Source: an uncultured Hoeflea sp. (GTDB taxonomy: Bacteria > Pseudomonadota > Alphaproteobacteria > Rhizobiales > Rhizobiaceae). From it: a stretch of 64,000 nt of DNA. The stretch is taken from the NCBI RefSeq assembly GCF_947501405.1, contig NZ_CANMVK010000004.1, positions 112,843 through 176,842 of the forward strand, written 5' to 3'. Position numbers and translations under genes: made by a program. Within the stretch, counting starts at the first letter, position 1. The number at the start of each line of letters is the position of its first letter. Under the pieces are notes generated by a model. It saw nothing but the letters and a program-made list of their open reading frames with translations, was not told where the DNA came from and did not search any database. Positions 51,140 through 61,622 of this stretch are shown piece by piece.

Positions 51140-52702
51140 TCAGGCGGCCTGCCGTACAGGATTGTCGGGGTCTATGGCGTAGTCCTTGAGCTTGCGGTAG
51201 AGCGTCGAGCGGCCGATGCCAAGCCGCCGTGCGACTTCGCTCATCCGGCCCTCGTAAAATGACAATGCAAAGCGGATCAGTTCTTCCTCGATTTCGGCAA
51301 TCGGCCGCACCTCACCATCCTCGGAGATGGTTGTTACAGCGGGCTGGCCGGAGGCGGGTGCCAGCACCATCGAGTCCGCGGGCGGAACAGCAATCTCGGC
51401 GCTGTCGCAGGGCGCAAGCGAGGGCTGCAAAGGCGGCGTCTCGGCATGCGGCTCCAACAGAGGCGCCGGAGAAATCGCTTCCGCGCCATCCAGACGGTAG
51501 CCAGGCAGTTGCGCCTCGATTTGCGGAAACAGATCAGGAGTCAGAACACCACCATCGCACAGCACCATTGCCCGATGGATTGCGTTCTCCAACTCCCGAA
51601 TGTTACCTGGCCAGTCATGGGCTGTCAGCAAGGCCATGGTGTCGGGCGCAATGCCGCTGACCTTGTGCAGACCCGGAGCCGACGAGAACCGGGCAATGAA
51701 ATGCCGCACCAATTGAGGAATGTCTTCCTTGCGCTTGCGCAAGGCCGGCACATGCACCGGAAACACATTAAGACGGTAGTAGAGATCTTCCCTGAAACGT
51801 CCCGCCTTGACCTCGGCGATGAGGTCCTTATTGGTGGCCGAAATCAGCCGCACATCGACCTTGCGCGGCAGCCGCGCGCCAACCGTTTCGATCTCGCCCA
51901 ATTGCACCGCGCGCAGCAGTTTGACCTGCACATCCTGCGGAAGCTCGCCGATTTCATCGAGAAACAGCGTGCCGCCATCGGCCTCGACAAATTTGCCCGC
52001 ATGCCGCTCGGCCGCGCCGGTGAATGCGCCCTTTTCGTGACCAAACAGGATGCTCTCGACCAGATTTTCCGGGATCGCCCCGCAATTGACAATGATGAAG
52101 GGTTTGCCCCTGCGCGGGCTTTCGGCCTGGATTGCACGCGCGATCATTTCCTTGCCCACGCCGGATTCACCCTCAAGCACCACCGGGATGGTCGATGACG
52201 CAGCGCGCCGGGCGAGCGAAACCACACGCTCCATCGCCGGGCTGGCGGCAACCACCGCGCCAAATCCGACACTACGGCCGCGCGGCCCCGGCGCGGCAGG
52301 CGCGCGGGCAGCCTTCAAGGCGTTTTCCAGCGCCAGCGCCAAGCGCTCCGGCGAGACCGGTTTGACCACAAAATCAAAGGCCCCGGCGCGCATCGCCCTG
52401 ACCACCATTTCAATTCCGCCATGGCCGGTCTGAACGATCACCGGGAGCGAGGTTTGCGCATCGCTCAGATGCTCGAGCACTTCCAGCCCGCTCTTGCCGG
52501 GCATCATCAGATCGAGCACCAACGCATCAATCCGCGGACCCGGCGCGCTCAACCGCGCCAGCGCCGCATCGCCGGTTTCCACCAGTTCACACAGATGGCC
52601 GGCGCGCTCGGCCGCCGACTTGAGCAGACGGCGCTGCACCGGATCGTCATCGACAATGAGAACTCGACTGGACACGATTGATGGTTCCTCGTTTTTCGAC
52701 AT
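51140..52702 (-). CDS. tacA: Sigma-54-dependent response regulator (TacA-like)
   Basis: Receiver domain (VDDD, LDLMMP, VVKP), AAA+ domain ([23 protein letters not shown]), Fis HTH ([12 protein letters not shown]); position next to pepF. Confidence 0.82.
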   Translation of the reverse strand: MSKNEEPSIVSSRVLIVDDDPVQRRLLKSAAERAGHLCELVETGDAALARLSAPGPRIDALVLDLMMPGKSGLEVLEHLSDAQTSLPVIVQTGHGGIEMVVRAMRAGAFDFVVKPVSPERLALALENALKAARAPAAPGPRGRSVGFGAVVAASPAMERVVSLARRAASSTIPVVLEGESGVGKEMIARAIQAESPRRGKPFIIVNCGAIPENLVESILFGHEKGAFTGAAERHAGKFVEADGGTLFLDEIGELPQDVQVKLLRAVQLGEIETVGARLPRKVDVRLISATNKDLIAEVKAGRFREDLYYRLNVFPVHVPALRKRKEDIPQLVRHFIARFSSAPGLHKVSGIAPDTMALLTAHDWPGNIRELENAIHRAMVLCDGGVLTPDLFPQIEAQLPGYRLDGAEAISPAPLLEPHAETPPLQPSLAPCDSAEIAVPPADSMVLAPASGQPAVTTISEDGEVRPIAEIEEELIRFALSFYEGRMSEVARRLGIGRSTLYRKLKDYAIDPDNPVRQAA

Positions 52703-52767
52703 GACGTCTTCAGGCCAAGGCCCGGATGCAACACTGCACGACATTCCTGAAAATCGGATTTCGGGAT

Positions 52768-52783
52768 TTGATTGCATTTTAAC
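52768..52783. promoter_or_regulatory. CtrA-like box upstream of tacA
   Basis: TTGA-TTGCATT-TTAAC (minus strand TTAA-N7-TCAA), 66-80 nt upstream of the start. Confidence 0.55.
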
Positions 52784-52845
52784 GGCCGCTGCCCGTAAAA
52801 CCGGCGCAATGCTTCGCCGTCCAGCCATTTGAAAGTGAGCGTTCC

Positions 52846-54705
52846 ATGCCGACATCGTTTCCGGATATCGCCCCCGTCCGCGCACCCGAAGGCGCATCTG
52901 CCGCAACGCAGGGCGGTCAGACCGGTCTTGGCGATCTGCCCGCCTGGAACCTGACGGATCTTTATGAAAGCACACAATCGGCGGATTTCACCTCCGATCT
53001 CGAAGCGGCCCGTCAGCGTGCTAAAACCTTCGAAACGCGCTGGAAGGGCGGGCTCGAAGCCGCGGTGCGCGCGTCCGGCGACGAGGGTCTGGGTGCCGCG
53101 CTGGAAACCTATGAAGAGCTCGAGGAGTTGATGGGCCGCATCATCTCCTTTGGGGGGCTCACCTATTTCACCGACACGTCGGATCCGGCCAACGCCAAAT
53201 TCTACGGCGACGTGCAAAGCGCCATCACCGATATCAGCGCCCATCTTTTGTTCTTTGCACTGGAGCTGAACCGCATCGATGACGCACTGATCGAAGACAG
53301 CCTCGCGCGTGATCCGCGCGCCGGCCACTACGCGCCCTGGGTGCGCGACCTGCGCCTGGACAAACCCTACCAGCTCGAAGACCGCATCGAGCAGCTGTTT
53401 CATGAAAAGTCCATGACCGGGCGCGCCGCCTGGAACCGGCTGTTCGACGAGACCATGGCCGGCCTGCGCTTCGAGATCGACGGCGAGACGCTGCCGCTTG
53501 AGGTCACGCTGTCACTGCTGCAGGATTCAGATGGCGCAAAGCGGAAAAAAGCCGGCCAGGCGCTGGCGGCGACCTTCAGGGGTAATCTGCGCACCTTCAC
53601 GCTGATCACCAACACCTTGGCAAAGGACAAGGAAATCTCCGACCGCTGGCGCGGCTTCGACGATATCGCCGACAGCCGCCACTTGGCCAACCGAGTGGAG
53701 CGGCCAGTGGTCGATGCCCTGGCTCAGGCGGTCCGCGAGGCCTGCCCGCGGCTGTCCCATCGCTATTACGCCATGAAGGCCCGCTGGCTCGGCCTCGACA
53801 AGCTGGAATTCTGGGACCGCAATGCGCCGCTGCCCGAAACGCCGGGCGACACCATCCCCTGGGATGACGCCAAGAACACCGTTCTTTCCGCCTATCATGG
53901 TTTCGCCCCGGAAATGGCCGACATCGCGCGGCGGTTTTTCGACCATCGCTGGATCGATGCGGCAAGCCGCCCGGGCAAGATGGCCGGCGCCTTTTCTCAT
54001 CCAACCGTGCCCTCGGTTCATCCCTATGTGCTGGTCAACTATCTCGGCAAGCCGCGCGATGTCATGACGCTGGCGCACGAGCTGGGCCATGGCGTGCACC
54101 AGGTGCTGGCGGGTGGCCAGGGCGCGCTGATGGCGTCCACCCCGCTGACGCTCGCAGAAACTGCGTCCGTGTTCGGCGAGATGCTGACCTTCCGCGCCCT
54201 GCTCGATCGCACCAGCGATCGCCGCGAGCGCAAGGCGATGCTGGCGCAGAAGGTCGAGGACATGATCAACACAGTGGTCCGTCAAATCGCCTTCTACGAA
54301 TTCGAGCGCCGGGTGCATACCGCACGGCGCGAGGGCGAACTGACCTCGGAACAACTGGGCGCTTTGTGGCTTGAGGTACAATCGGAAAGCCTCGGCCCCG
54401 CCGTGGAGCTGTCAGAAGGCTACGAGACGTTCTGGGCCTATATCCCGCATTTCATCCATTCGCCTTTCTATGTCTATGCCTATGCGTTTGGCGATTGCCT
54501 GGTCAATTCGCTCTACGCCGTCTACGAAAACTCACCCGACGGCTTCCGCGAGCGCTATTTCGACATGCTCAAGGCCGGCGGCGCCAAACACCATTCCGAA
54601 TTGCTGGCGCCCTTCGGGCTCGACGCCTCGGACCCCGGTTTCTGGAACCAGGGCCTGTCGATGATCGAAGGCCTGATCGACGAACTGGAAGCGATGGAAG
54701 GCTGA
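52846..54705 (+). CDS. pepF: M3-family oligoendopeptidase F
   Basis: TLAHELGHGVH zincin motif, LAETASVFGE, HFIHSPFYVYAYAFG. Confidence 0.96.
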   Translation: MPTSFPDIAPVRAPEGASAATQGGQTGLGDLPAWNLTDLYESTQSADFTSDLEAARQRAKTFETRWKGGLEAAVRASGDEGLGAALETYEELEELMGRIISFGGLTYFTDTSDPANAKFYGDVQSAITDISAHLLFFALELNRIDDALIEDSLARDPRAGHYAPWVRDLRLDKPYQLEDRIEQLFHEKSMTGRAAWNRLFDETMAGLRFEIDGETLPLEVTLSLLQDSDGAKRKKAGQALAATFRGNLRTFTLITNTLAKDKEISDRWRGFDDIADSRHLANRVERPVVDALAQAVREACPRLSHRYYAMKARWLGLDKLEFWDRNAPLPETPGDTIPWDDAKNTVLSAYHGFAPEMADIARRFFDHRWIDAASRPGKMAGAFSHPTVPSVHPYVLVNYLGKPRDVMTLAHELGHGVHQVLAGGQGALMASTPLTLAETASVFGEMLTFRALLDRTSDRRERKAMLAQKVEDMINTVVRQIAFYEFERRVHTARREGELTSEQLGALWLEVQSESLGPAVELSEGYETFWAYIPHFIHSPFYVYAYAFGDCLVNSLYAVYENSPDGFRERYFDMLKAGGAKHHSELLAPFGLDASDPGFWNQGLSMIEGLIDELEAMEG

Positions 54706-54801
54706 GACTGGGGCGTTTTCGCTTTATTGTACCCGTGAAATGTGATTTACGCGGCCGCTATCGCCGCCCGGTGCGGCGGCTTGAGCGAATGGAGCGAACA
54801 C

Positions 54802-56247
54802 ATGGCAGAGCACGACTATCCGGTCTATGGCGAGATCACCGGCCCGATTGTGATGATCGGTTTCGGGTCCATCGGCCGCGGCACACTGCCGCTGATTGAG
54901 CGCCACTTCAAATTCGACAAATCGCGCATGGTGGTGATCGACCCGCGCGACACCGACCTGCCGCTGCTCGAAAAGCATGGCGTCCGCTTCATCAAGCAGG
55001 CCGTTACCCTCGACAATTACCGTGAGTTGTTGACGCCGCTCCTAACCGAGGGCGAAGGCCAGGGATTTTGCGTCAACCTGTCGGTGGACACCGGTTCGCT
55101 CGATCTCATCCGGCTGTGCCGCGAAATCGATGTTCCCTATATCGACACCGTGGTCGAGCCGTGGCTCGGCTTCTACTTCGACACCGAAGCCTCCAATGCC
55201 TCGCGCACCAATTATGCGCTGCGTGAAACCGTGCGCAAGGAAAAGCGCAAGAATCCCGGTGGCACCACGGCCGTCTCCTGCTGCGGCGCCAATCCCGGCA
55301 TGGTGTCCTGGTTTGTCAAACAGGCATTGGTCAATCTGGCCAACGACACCGGCCTCGAATTCGACGAACCCGCGCAGGATGACCGTCAGGGCTGGGCCAG
55401 GCTGATGAAGAAGCTCGGCGTCAAGGGCATCCACATCGCCGAGCGTGACACCCAACGCGCCAAATCGCCCAAACCGCTGGGCGTGTTCTGGAACACCTGG
55501 TCGGCGGAAGGCTTCATCTCGGAAGGGTTGCAACCTTCCGAACTCGGTTGGGGTACCCACGAGGAATGGAAGCCGAAGAACGCCAAGAAGCACAAGCGCG
55601 GCAGCAAGGCGGCAATCTATCTCGACCAGCCCGGCGCCAACACCCGCGTGCGCACCTGGTGCCCGACGCCGGGGCCGCAATACGGCTTCCTCGTCACCCA
55701 CAATGAATCGATCTCGATCGCCGATTTCTTCACGGTTTACAGCAAGAAGGGCAAGGTGAAATACCGCCCGACCTGCCACTACGCCTACCACCCCGCCAAT
55801 GATGCGGTGCTGTCGCTGCACGAAATGTTCGGCAATGGCGGCAACGCGCCCGAGCAGCTGCATGTGCTTGACGAGAACGAGCTGATCGACGGCGTCGACG
55901 AGCTCGGCGTGCTGCTTTATGGCCATGCCAGGAACGCCTACTGGTATGGGTCGCGGCTGTCGCTCGAGGAAACGCGGCGCATCGCGCCCTATCAGAACGC
56001 CACCGGCCTCCAGGTCACCTCGGCGGTGCTCGCCGGCATGGTCTGGGCGCTGGAGAACCCCGGTGCAGGCATCGTCGAAACCGACGAGATGGACTACAAG
56101 CGCTGCCTTGAAGTGCAAAGCCCCTATCTCGGTCCGGTCGAGGGTCATTACACCGACTGGACACCGCTCGACGGCCGCCCCGGCCTGTTTCCCGAGGACA
56201 TCGATGAGAACGATCCCTGGCAGTTTCGCAACATCCTGGTTCACTGA
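54802..56247 (+). CDS. hss: Homospermidine synthase
   Basis: IGFGSIGRG, YIDTVVEPW, CGANPGMVS, NTWSAEG, HYAYHP, QNATGLQV. Confidence 0.97.
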   Translation: MAEHDYPVYGEITGPIVMIGFGSIGRGTLPLIERHFKFDKSRMVVIDPRDTDLPLLEKHGVRFIKQAVTLDNYRELLTPLLTEGEGQGFCVNLSVDTGSLDLIRLCREIDVPYIDTVVEPWLGFYFDTEASNASRTNYALRETVRKEKRKNPGGTTAVSCCGANPGMVSWFVKQALVNLANDTGLEFDEPAQDDRQGWARLMKKLGVKGIHIAERDTQRAKSPKPLGVFWNTWSAEGFISEGLQPSELGWGTHEEWKPKNAKKHKRGSKAAIYLDQPGANTRVRTWCPTPGPQYGFLVTHNESISIADFFTVYSKKGKVKYRPTCHYAYHPANDAVLSLHEMFGNGGNAPEQLHVLDENELIDGVDELGVLLYGHARNAYWYGSRLSLEETRRIAPYQNATGLQVTSAVLAGMVWALENPGAGIVETDEMDYKRCLEVQSPYLGPVEGHYTDWTPLDGRPGLFPEDIDENDPWQFRNILVH

Positions 56248-56366
56248 CCAACCGGCGGCAGACCGGCCGGGTTGCTCCGCCCGCCGCGTCTTGCTTTCGC
56301 CGCGCGGGCGCTGCATTCTGGCAGCCGAGAAGCTAAACTAACGACGGCATCGAGGAATATCGCGCC

Positions 56367-56732
56367 ATGACCCCACTTCGCATCATCGCCATCGGCGCGC
56401 TTGCCGGTCTGCTCGCGGCATGCCAGTCCGTTTCCTACTCGCCACGCCCGGCGCCGATCCAGCCGCAAGGCATCGAGGGCCAGTGGGTGGATCCCAACGG
56501 CATCATCTCGAGCTTCTCCAACGGGAAGTTTGAAACCCGCACCACAGACACCAATTCACTTTTGGCTCAAGGCTCTTACCGCTATGTCTCCAACGAGGTT
56601 GTCGAGATCGATCTGACCTCGCTGCTGCGGCAGACCAATTCGCGGGTCAATTGCGCCATGGCCAGTCCTTCCCAGCTCAACTGCACCTCGTCCACCGGAT
56701 CCCAGTTCACTCTTGTGCGCCGCGTCGTCTGA
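56367..56732 (+). CDS. omp10: Outer membrane lipoprotein Omp10-like
   Basis: Lipobox LLAAC; EGQWVDPNG, RTTDTN, SQLNCTS..GSQF; downstream of hss. Confidence 0.85.
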   Translation: MTPLRIIAIGALAGLLAACQSVSYSPRPAPIQPQGIEGQWVDPNGIISSFSNGKFETRTTDTNSLLAQGSYRYVSNEVVEIDLTSLLRQTNSRVNCAMASPSQLNCTSSTGSQFTLVRRVV

Positions 56733-56771
56733 CGGAGCACGCGGTATCGCTGGGGAGGAGGCATACGCACC

Positions 56772-58025
56772 ATGAGCCATCATTTCGATGATCGCGAAAC
56801 GCGGTCGCCCGAGATCCGCGAGCGCCAGACTTTCGAGGCACTGCGATCGCTGTTGACGACCAGTCTGGCGCGGCTGCCAGCGCTGAAATCCTGGCTCGGC
56901 GATCCCGATCCCGAAAAAATTGCCGATCGTGGGGCGCTTGCGCAGCTTCCTGTGCTGCGAAAACCCGATCTGATGGCGTTGCAGATGGACAATCCGCCCT
57001 TTGGCGGTCTCGCTGATCCACAAGCCCTTGCGGGCAACCGGGTGTTTCTCTCGCCCGGACCGGTGTGGGAGCCGCAGGGTCTCGGCGTCGATCCATGGCA
57101 GTCCGCCCGCGCGCTGTTCGCGGCCGGATTTCGCAGCGGCGACATCGTTCACAACAGCCTCGCCTACCACATGACGCCGGGCGGCTTCATCCTGGACGAG
57201 GGCGCGCGGGCGCTCGGATGTCTGGTGTTTCCCGCCGGTGTCGGCAACACCGAAGCCCAGGTCGACGCCGTAGTCCAGCTCAAACCATCGGGCTACACCG
57301 GCACGCCGGACTACCTTAAAACAATGCTGGAGAAGGCCGACGAAACCGGTTCCGACCTGTCGTCGATCCGCCGGGCGCTGGTGTCCGGCGGAGCGCTGTT
57401 TCCATCGCTGCGACAATATTACGCTAACCGCGGCATCAACGTGCTGCAGGCCTACGCAACCGCGGATCTCGGCGTCATCGCCTATGAGAGTGCCGACAAC
57501 GATAGCGCACCGCATCCCGGCATGATCGTCAACGAGAATCTGATCGTCGAGATCGTCCGGCCGGGCACAGATGATCCGGCGCCCGACGGAGAGGTCGGCG
57601 AACTTGTGGTGACGACGCTCAATCCGGGCTATCCGCTGGTCCGCTTCGGCACCGGCGATCTGTCGGCCATCATGCCCGGAACCTCCCCCTGCGGCCGCAC
57701 GGCACCGCGAATTCAGGGCTGGATGGGACGTGCTGACCAGCGCACCAAGGTCAAGGGCATGTTCATCGACCCCAAACAGGTCGCCGATCTGCTCAAGCTG
57801 CATCCAGGCATTGCAAGGGCGCGGCTGGTGGTCAGCCGTGTCAGTGACGCCGATGCGATGGTCCTCAAGGTTGAGCCGGCCGCAGGCGCAACTCCCGACA
57901 CGGCCGCCATTGAAGCAAACCTCAACGCAATCACCAAGCTGCGTGGAAGCGTTGAAGCGGTAACACCCGGAAGCCTGCCCAATGACGGCAAGGTGATTGC
58001 CGACGAGCGGGACTACAGCGCCTGA
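56772..58025 (+). CDS. Phenylacetate-CoA ligase (PaaK)-like AMP-binding protein
   Basis: LPVLRK, FLSPGP, YTGTPDYL, QAYATADLG, RFGTGDLS, GRAD..TKVKGMF. Confidence 0.88.
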   Translation: MSHHFDDRETRSPEIRERQTFEALRSLLTTSLARLPALKSWLGDPDPEKIADRGALAQLPVLRKPDLMALQMDNPPFGGLADPQALAGNRVFLSPGPVWEPQGLGVDPWQSARALFAAGFRSGDIVHNSLAYHMTPGGFILDEGARALGCLVFPAGVGNTEAQVDAVVQLKPSGYTGTPDYLKTMLEKADETGSDLSSIRRALVSGGALFPSLRQYYANRGINVLQAYATADLGVIAYESADNDSAPHPGMIVNENLIVEIVRPGTDDPAPDGEVGELVVTTLNPGYPLVRFGTGDLSAIMPGTSPCGRTAPRIQGWMGRADQRTKVKGMFIDPKQVADLLKLHPGIARARLVVSRVSDADAMVLKVEPAAGATPDTAAIEANLNAITKLRGSVEAVTPGSLPNDGKVIADERDYSA

Positions 58026-58165
58026 TATCGTGTGATTTTCAGCGCCCGCGCAGTCACGGCTCTTGAAGTTCGCCGCCGATAGTGAAACCATCTCCCATGA
58101 CCGCCAAGACATCCTGAATGAACAGGGTGCAGGAGCTTGCATGCACTGAAACAGGGAGCTGTTCC

Positions 58166-60115
58166 ATGACCACCTTCATCAAACGCGCGCTTTTGTCCGT
58201 GTCCGCCCTGAGCCTGAGCTCCGGCGTAGCGCTGGCCGATTTCACTTTGGACATTCTGCACATCAACGACCTGCACTCACGCATCGAGTCGATCAACAGA
58301 TTCGATTCGACCTGCTCGGGCGAAGATGAAACCGAAGGCAAGTGCTTTGGCGGCGTGGCCCGGGTCAAGACCAAGATCGATGAGCGGCGCGCAGCACTGT
58401 CGGAGGCCGGTGCCAATGTGCTGGTGCTTGATGCCGGCGACCAGTTCCAGGGATCGCTGTTTTATTCGACCTACAAGGGCGGGGCCGCGGCCGAATTCAT
58501 GAACGGTATTGGCTTTGACGCCATGGCCGTTGGCAACCACGAATTTGACGATGGGCCCGAGGCGCTGCGCGACTTCATCGACAAGGTCGAGTTTCCGGTG
58601 ATCTCCGGCAACACCGTCGGCGGTGCCAATTCGGTGCTGGGTGACCGCATCACGCCCTATCTGGTCAAGGAGATCAGCGGCGAAAAGATCGTGATTGTGT
58701 CGGTACTGGCCGCCGATACGGTCGAAACCTCGTCGCCCGGCCCCTCGGTGCTTATCCTCGACGAGATCGACTATTTGAAGGAAGCCGTCGCAGCACTCGA
58801 GAGCGAAGGCTTCGACAAAATCATCCTGCTCTCCCATGTCGGACTGCCGATGGATGAGAGGATTGCTGCCGAAGTTGATGGCATCGACGTGATCGTGGGC
58901 GGCCACAGCCACACGCTTCTATCAAACACACAGGAACGCGCCGCCGGACCTTACCCAACCATGGTCAAGAGCCCTTCGGGTGTCGATGTGCCGATCGTTC
59001 AGGCCTATGCCTACTCAAAATATGTTGGCGAGGTGAAGGTGACCTTCGATGACGAAGGCAAGGTGATCAGCGCCGAAGGCGAGCCGCATCTGCTTGATGC
59101 TTCCGTCGCCCTGGACGAGGGCTTCGCTGCGCGGGTCAAGGAACTGGGCGCACCGATCGAGGAACTCAAGACCAAGATCGTGTCGGAATCGACCGAGACC
59201 ATCGAAGGCTCGCGCGATGTCTGCCGCGCCATGGAATGCTCCATGGGCAACCTTGTCGCCGACGCCATGCTCGACCGCACCGCCGATCAGGGCGTTTCCA
59301 TCGTCATCCAGAACGGCGGCGGCTTGCGTGCTTCGATCGACCCCGGCGAAATCACCATGGGCGAAGTGCTCACCGTGCTGCCGTTCCAGAACACGCTTGC
59401 CACATTCGAACTCAAGGGCTCGGATGTGATCGCCGCGCTCGAGAACGGGCTGAGCAAGATCGAGGAAGGCGCGGGGCGCTTCCCGCAGGTGGCGGGCATG
59501 CGCTACACCTTCGACAAGGACGCCGAGCCCGGCTCGCGTGTGGTCTCCGCCGAGGCCAAGACTGGCGATGACTTTGCGCCGATCGATCCCGATACCGTCT
59601 ACAAGGTCGCCACCAACAACTATATGCGCGGCGGCGGCGATGGCTATTCGGTGTTCCGCAGCGCGGGTATGAACGCCTATGATTACGGTCCGGGCCTTGA
59701 ACAGGTGGTGGCTGATTATCTCGCTGAAAACGCACCTTATACGCCCTACACCGACGGCCGCATTGTCGCAGCCGCCGATGCCGCCATGGAAACAGAAACG
59801 GCGATCGAAGTGCCCGAGCCGCTGCCGGGCACAACCGATCTGACCACCTCCGCGCCGGAGATTGCGACCGAGGCGCCCGCATCGGACGATGCAGCCATGA
59901 CCAAGGAAGCGCCGAAATCCGATGACGCCGCAATGGCGAAGAGCGAGGAGATGGCCGGCAAGACCCACACCATCGCCACCGGCGACACGCTGTGGGATCT
60001 CGCCCGCACCTATCTTGGCGATCCGACCATGTGGCAAAAGATCGCTGACGCCAATCCGTCGATGGATCCCGCGGACCTGACCGTCGGCGAAACCCTGACC
60101 ATTCCGTCCATGTAA
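58166..60115 (+). CDS. 5'-nucleotidase/UDP-sugar hydrolase with a C-terminal LysM domain
   Basis: Signal peptide; HINDLHS, DAGDQFQG, GNHEFD, GGHSH; 5'-nucleotidase C domain; LysM (TGDTLWDLA...LTVGETLTIP). Confidence 0.94.
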   Translation: MTTFIKRALLSVSALSLSSGVALADFTLDILHINDLHSRIESINRFDSTCSGEDETEGKCFGGVARVKTKIDERRAALSEAGANVLVLDAGDQFQGSLFYSTYKGGAAAEFMNGIGFDAMAVGNHEFDDGPEALRDFIDKVEFPVISGNTVGGANSVLGDRITPYLVKEISGEKIVIVSVLAADTVETSSPGPSVLILDEIDYLKEAVAALESEGFDKIILLSHVGLPMDERIAAEVDGIDVIVGGHSHTLLSNTQERAAGPYPTMVKSPSGVDVPIVQAYAYSKYVGEVKVTFDDEGKVISAEGEPHLLDASVALDEGFAARVKELGAPIEELKTKIVSESTETIEGSRDVCRAMECSMGNLVADAMLDRTADQGVSIVIQNGGGLRASIDPGEITMGEVLTVLPFQNTLATFELKGSDVIAALENGLSKIEEGAGRFPQVAGMRYTFDKDAEPGSRVVSAEAKTGDDFAPIDPDTVYKVATNNYMRGGGDGYSVFRSAGMNAYDYGPGLEQVVADYLAENAPYTPYTDGRIVAAADAAMETETAIEVPEPLPGTTDLTTSAPEIATEAPASDDAAMTKEAPKSDDAAMAKSEEMAGKTHTIATGDTLWDLARTYLGDPTMWQKIADANPSMDPADLTVGETLTIPSM

Positions 60116-60147
60116 ACACTGGCGGTTCCGGACTAGTTGAAGTGCTC

Positions 60148-60180
60148 AAGGGCCCGGTTCGCCGGGCCCTTTTGCTTTTT
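60148..60180 (+). terminator. Intrinsic terminator after the 5'-nucleotidase gene
   Basis: AAGGGCCCGG-TTCG-CCGGGCCCTT stem-loop with a T tail. Confidence 0.85.
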
Positions 60181-60369
60181 CCCCCGGGCTGCACCAATGG
60201 CGCGCCTGATTGACCTGCCGGGCGATGTCACTATGTTCCGGCTCAGGCGCGGACCGGCCCTTGAATTGCCCGCGACACGATGGTTTCATCCGACAAGGCG
60301 GCGAAGACGTATAGTCGGATTGAAAGACTTTCACGGCGCCAAAGCCGGCATCGCCAGGCGAGAGAGAAC

Positions 60370-61449
60370 ATGATGGACGCAACATTGCATCACCCAGAGA
60401 CCCAGACGGACCAGGCAAGCCGCGCCGTTGGGATCCTGCCGCCCGACCACCCGCCGGTCCGGATTCAGAAAGTGGGCGTTCTTCTGGTCAATCTTGGCAC
60501 GCCCGACGCCACCGATTACCGCTCGATGCGCCGCTATCTCAAGGAATTCCTCACCGACAAGCGGGTGATCGAATGGCCCCGCGCGCTGTGGTACCCGATC
60601 CTGTTCGGCATCGTGCTCAACACCAGGCCGAAACGGGTCGGCAAGGCCTATGAGGAGATCTGGAACAAGGATCTCGACGAAAGCTATCTGAGAACCTACA
60701 CCCGCAACCAGTCGGACCGGCTCCGCGCCATGCTTGGCGATCATCCCTCGGTCATGGTCGATTGGGCAATGCGCTATGGCCAGCCTTCAATCCCCGACAA
60801 GCTGCAGGCGCTTAAGGATGCGGGCTGCGACCGCATCGTGCTGTTTCCGCTCTACCCGCAATATGCCGCTGCCACCACCGCCACCGTCAACGACAAGGCG
60901 TTTAGAGCAATGATGGACATGCGTTGGCAGCCGGCTCTGCGCACGGTGCCGCCCTATCATGACGACCCTGCCTATATCGAAGCCATCGCCCAATCGATCG
61001 AAACCCATCTTGCGGGCCTCGATTGGGAGCCCGAGCTGGTGCTCGCTTCCTTTCACGGCATTCCCCAGTCCTATTTCCTCAAGGGCGACCCCTACCATTG
61101 CCAGTGCCTGAAAACCGCCAGGCTGCTGCGCGAACGCCTTGGCTGGCCTCAGGAACGGCTGATGGCCACATTCCAGTCGCGGTTCGGCCCCGAGGAATGG
61201 CTGCAGCCCTATACCGACAAGACGGTGGAAAAGCTCGCCCAGGACGGCGTCAAGCGCATCGCCGTGATCAATCCGGGCTTTGTCTCCGATTGTCTGGAAA
61301 CGCTGGAGGAGATTGCCGGCGAAGCCGGTGAGCTGTTCCACGAAAACGGCGGTGAACACTTCACCCATATCCCCTGTTTGAACGACAGCACCGGCGGAAT
61401 GAATGTGATCGAATCCATCGTCCGGCGTGAGTTGCAAGGCTGGGTCTAA
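60370..61449 (+). CDS. hemH: Ferrochelatase
   Basis: LLVNLGTPD, AMRYGQPS, PLYPQYA, SFHGIP, FQSRFG..EWLQP, DCLETLEE. Confidence 0.98.
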   Translation: MMDATLHHPETQTDQASRAVGILPPDHPPVRIQKVGVLLVNLGTPDATDYRSMRRYLKEFLTDKRVIEWPRALWYPILFGIVLNTRPKRVGKAYEEIWNKDLDESYLRTYTRNQSDRLRAMLGDHPSVMVDWAMRYGQPSIPDKLQALKDAGCDRIVLFPLYPQYAAATTATVNDKAFRAMMDMRWQPALRTVPPYHDDPAYIEAIAQSIETHLAGLDWEPELVLASFHGIPQSYFLKGDPYHCQCLKTARLLRERLGWPQERLMATFQSRFGPEEWLQPYTDKTVEKLAQDGVKRIAVINPGFVSDCLETLEEIAGEAGELFHENGGEHFTHIPCLNDSTGGMNVIESIVRRELQGWV

Positions 61450-61622
61450 GCCACATTATCGGCCGGATCCAGGTTGCGCGAGCACCCCCGGTCCGTTGGC
61501 GACGCCGCCCGCCTCCCCCGGCAAGATAATCGGCTGCGGCAATTGCAAGCTCAGCCCGGAACGCTTACCTGTTTCGACAGAGCCCGTGCGAAACGGGAGC
61601 GGATCTGAGGAGAGCCTGCCAA

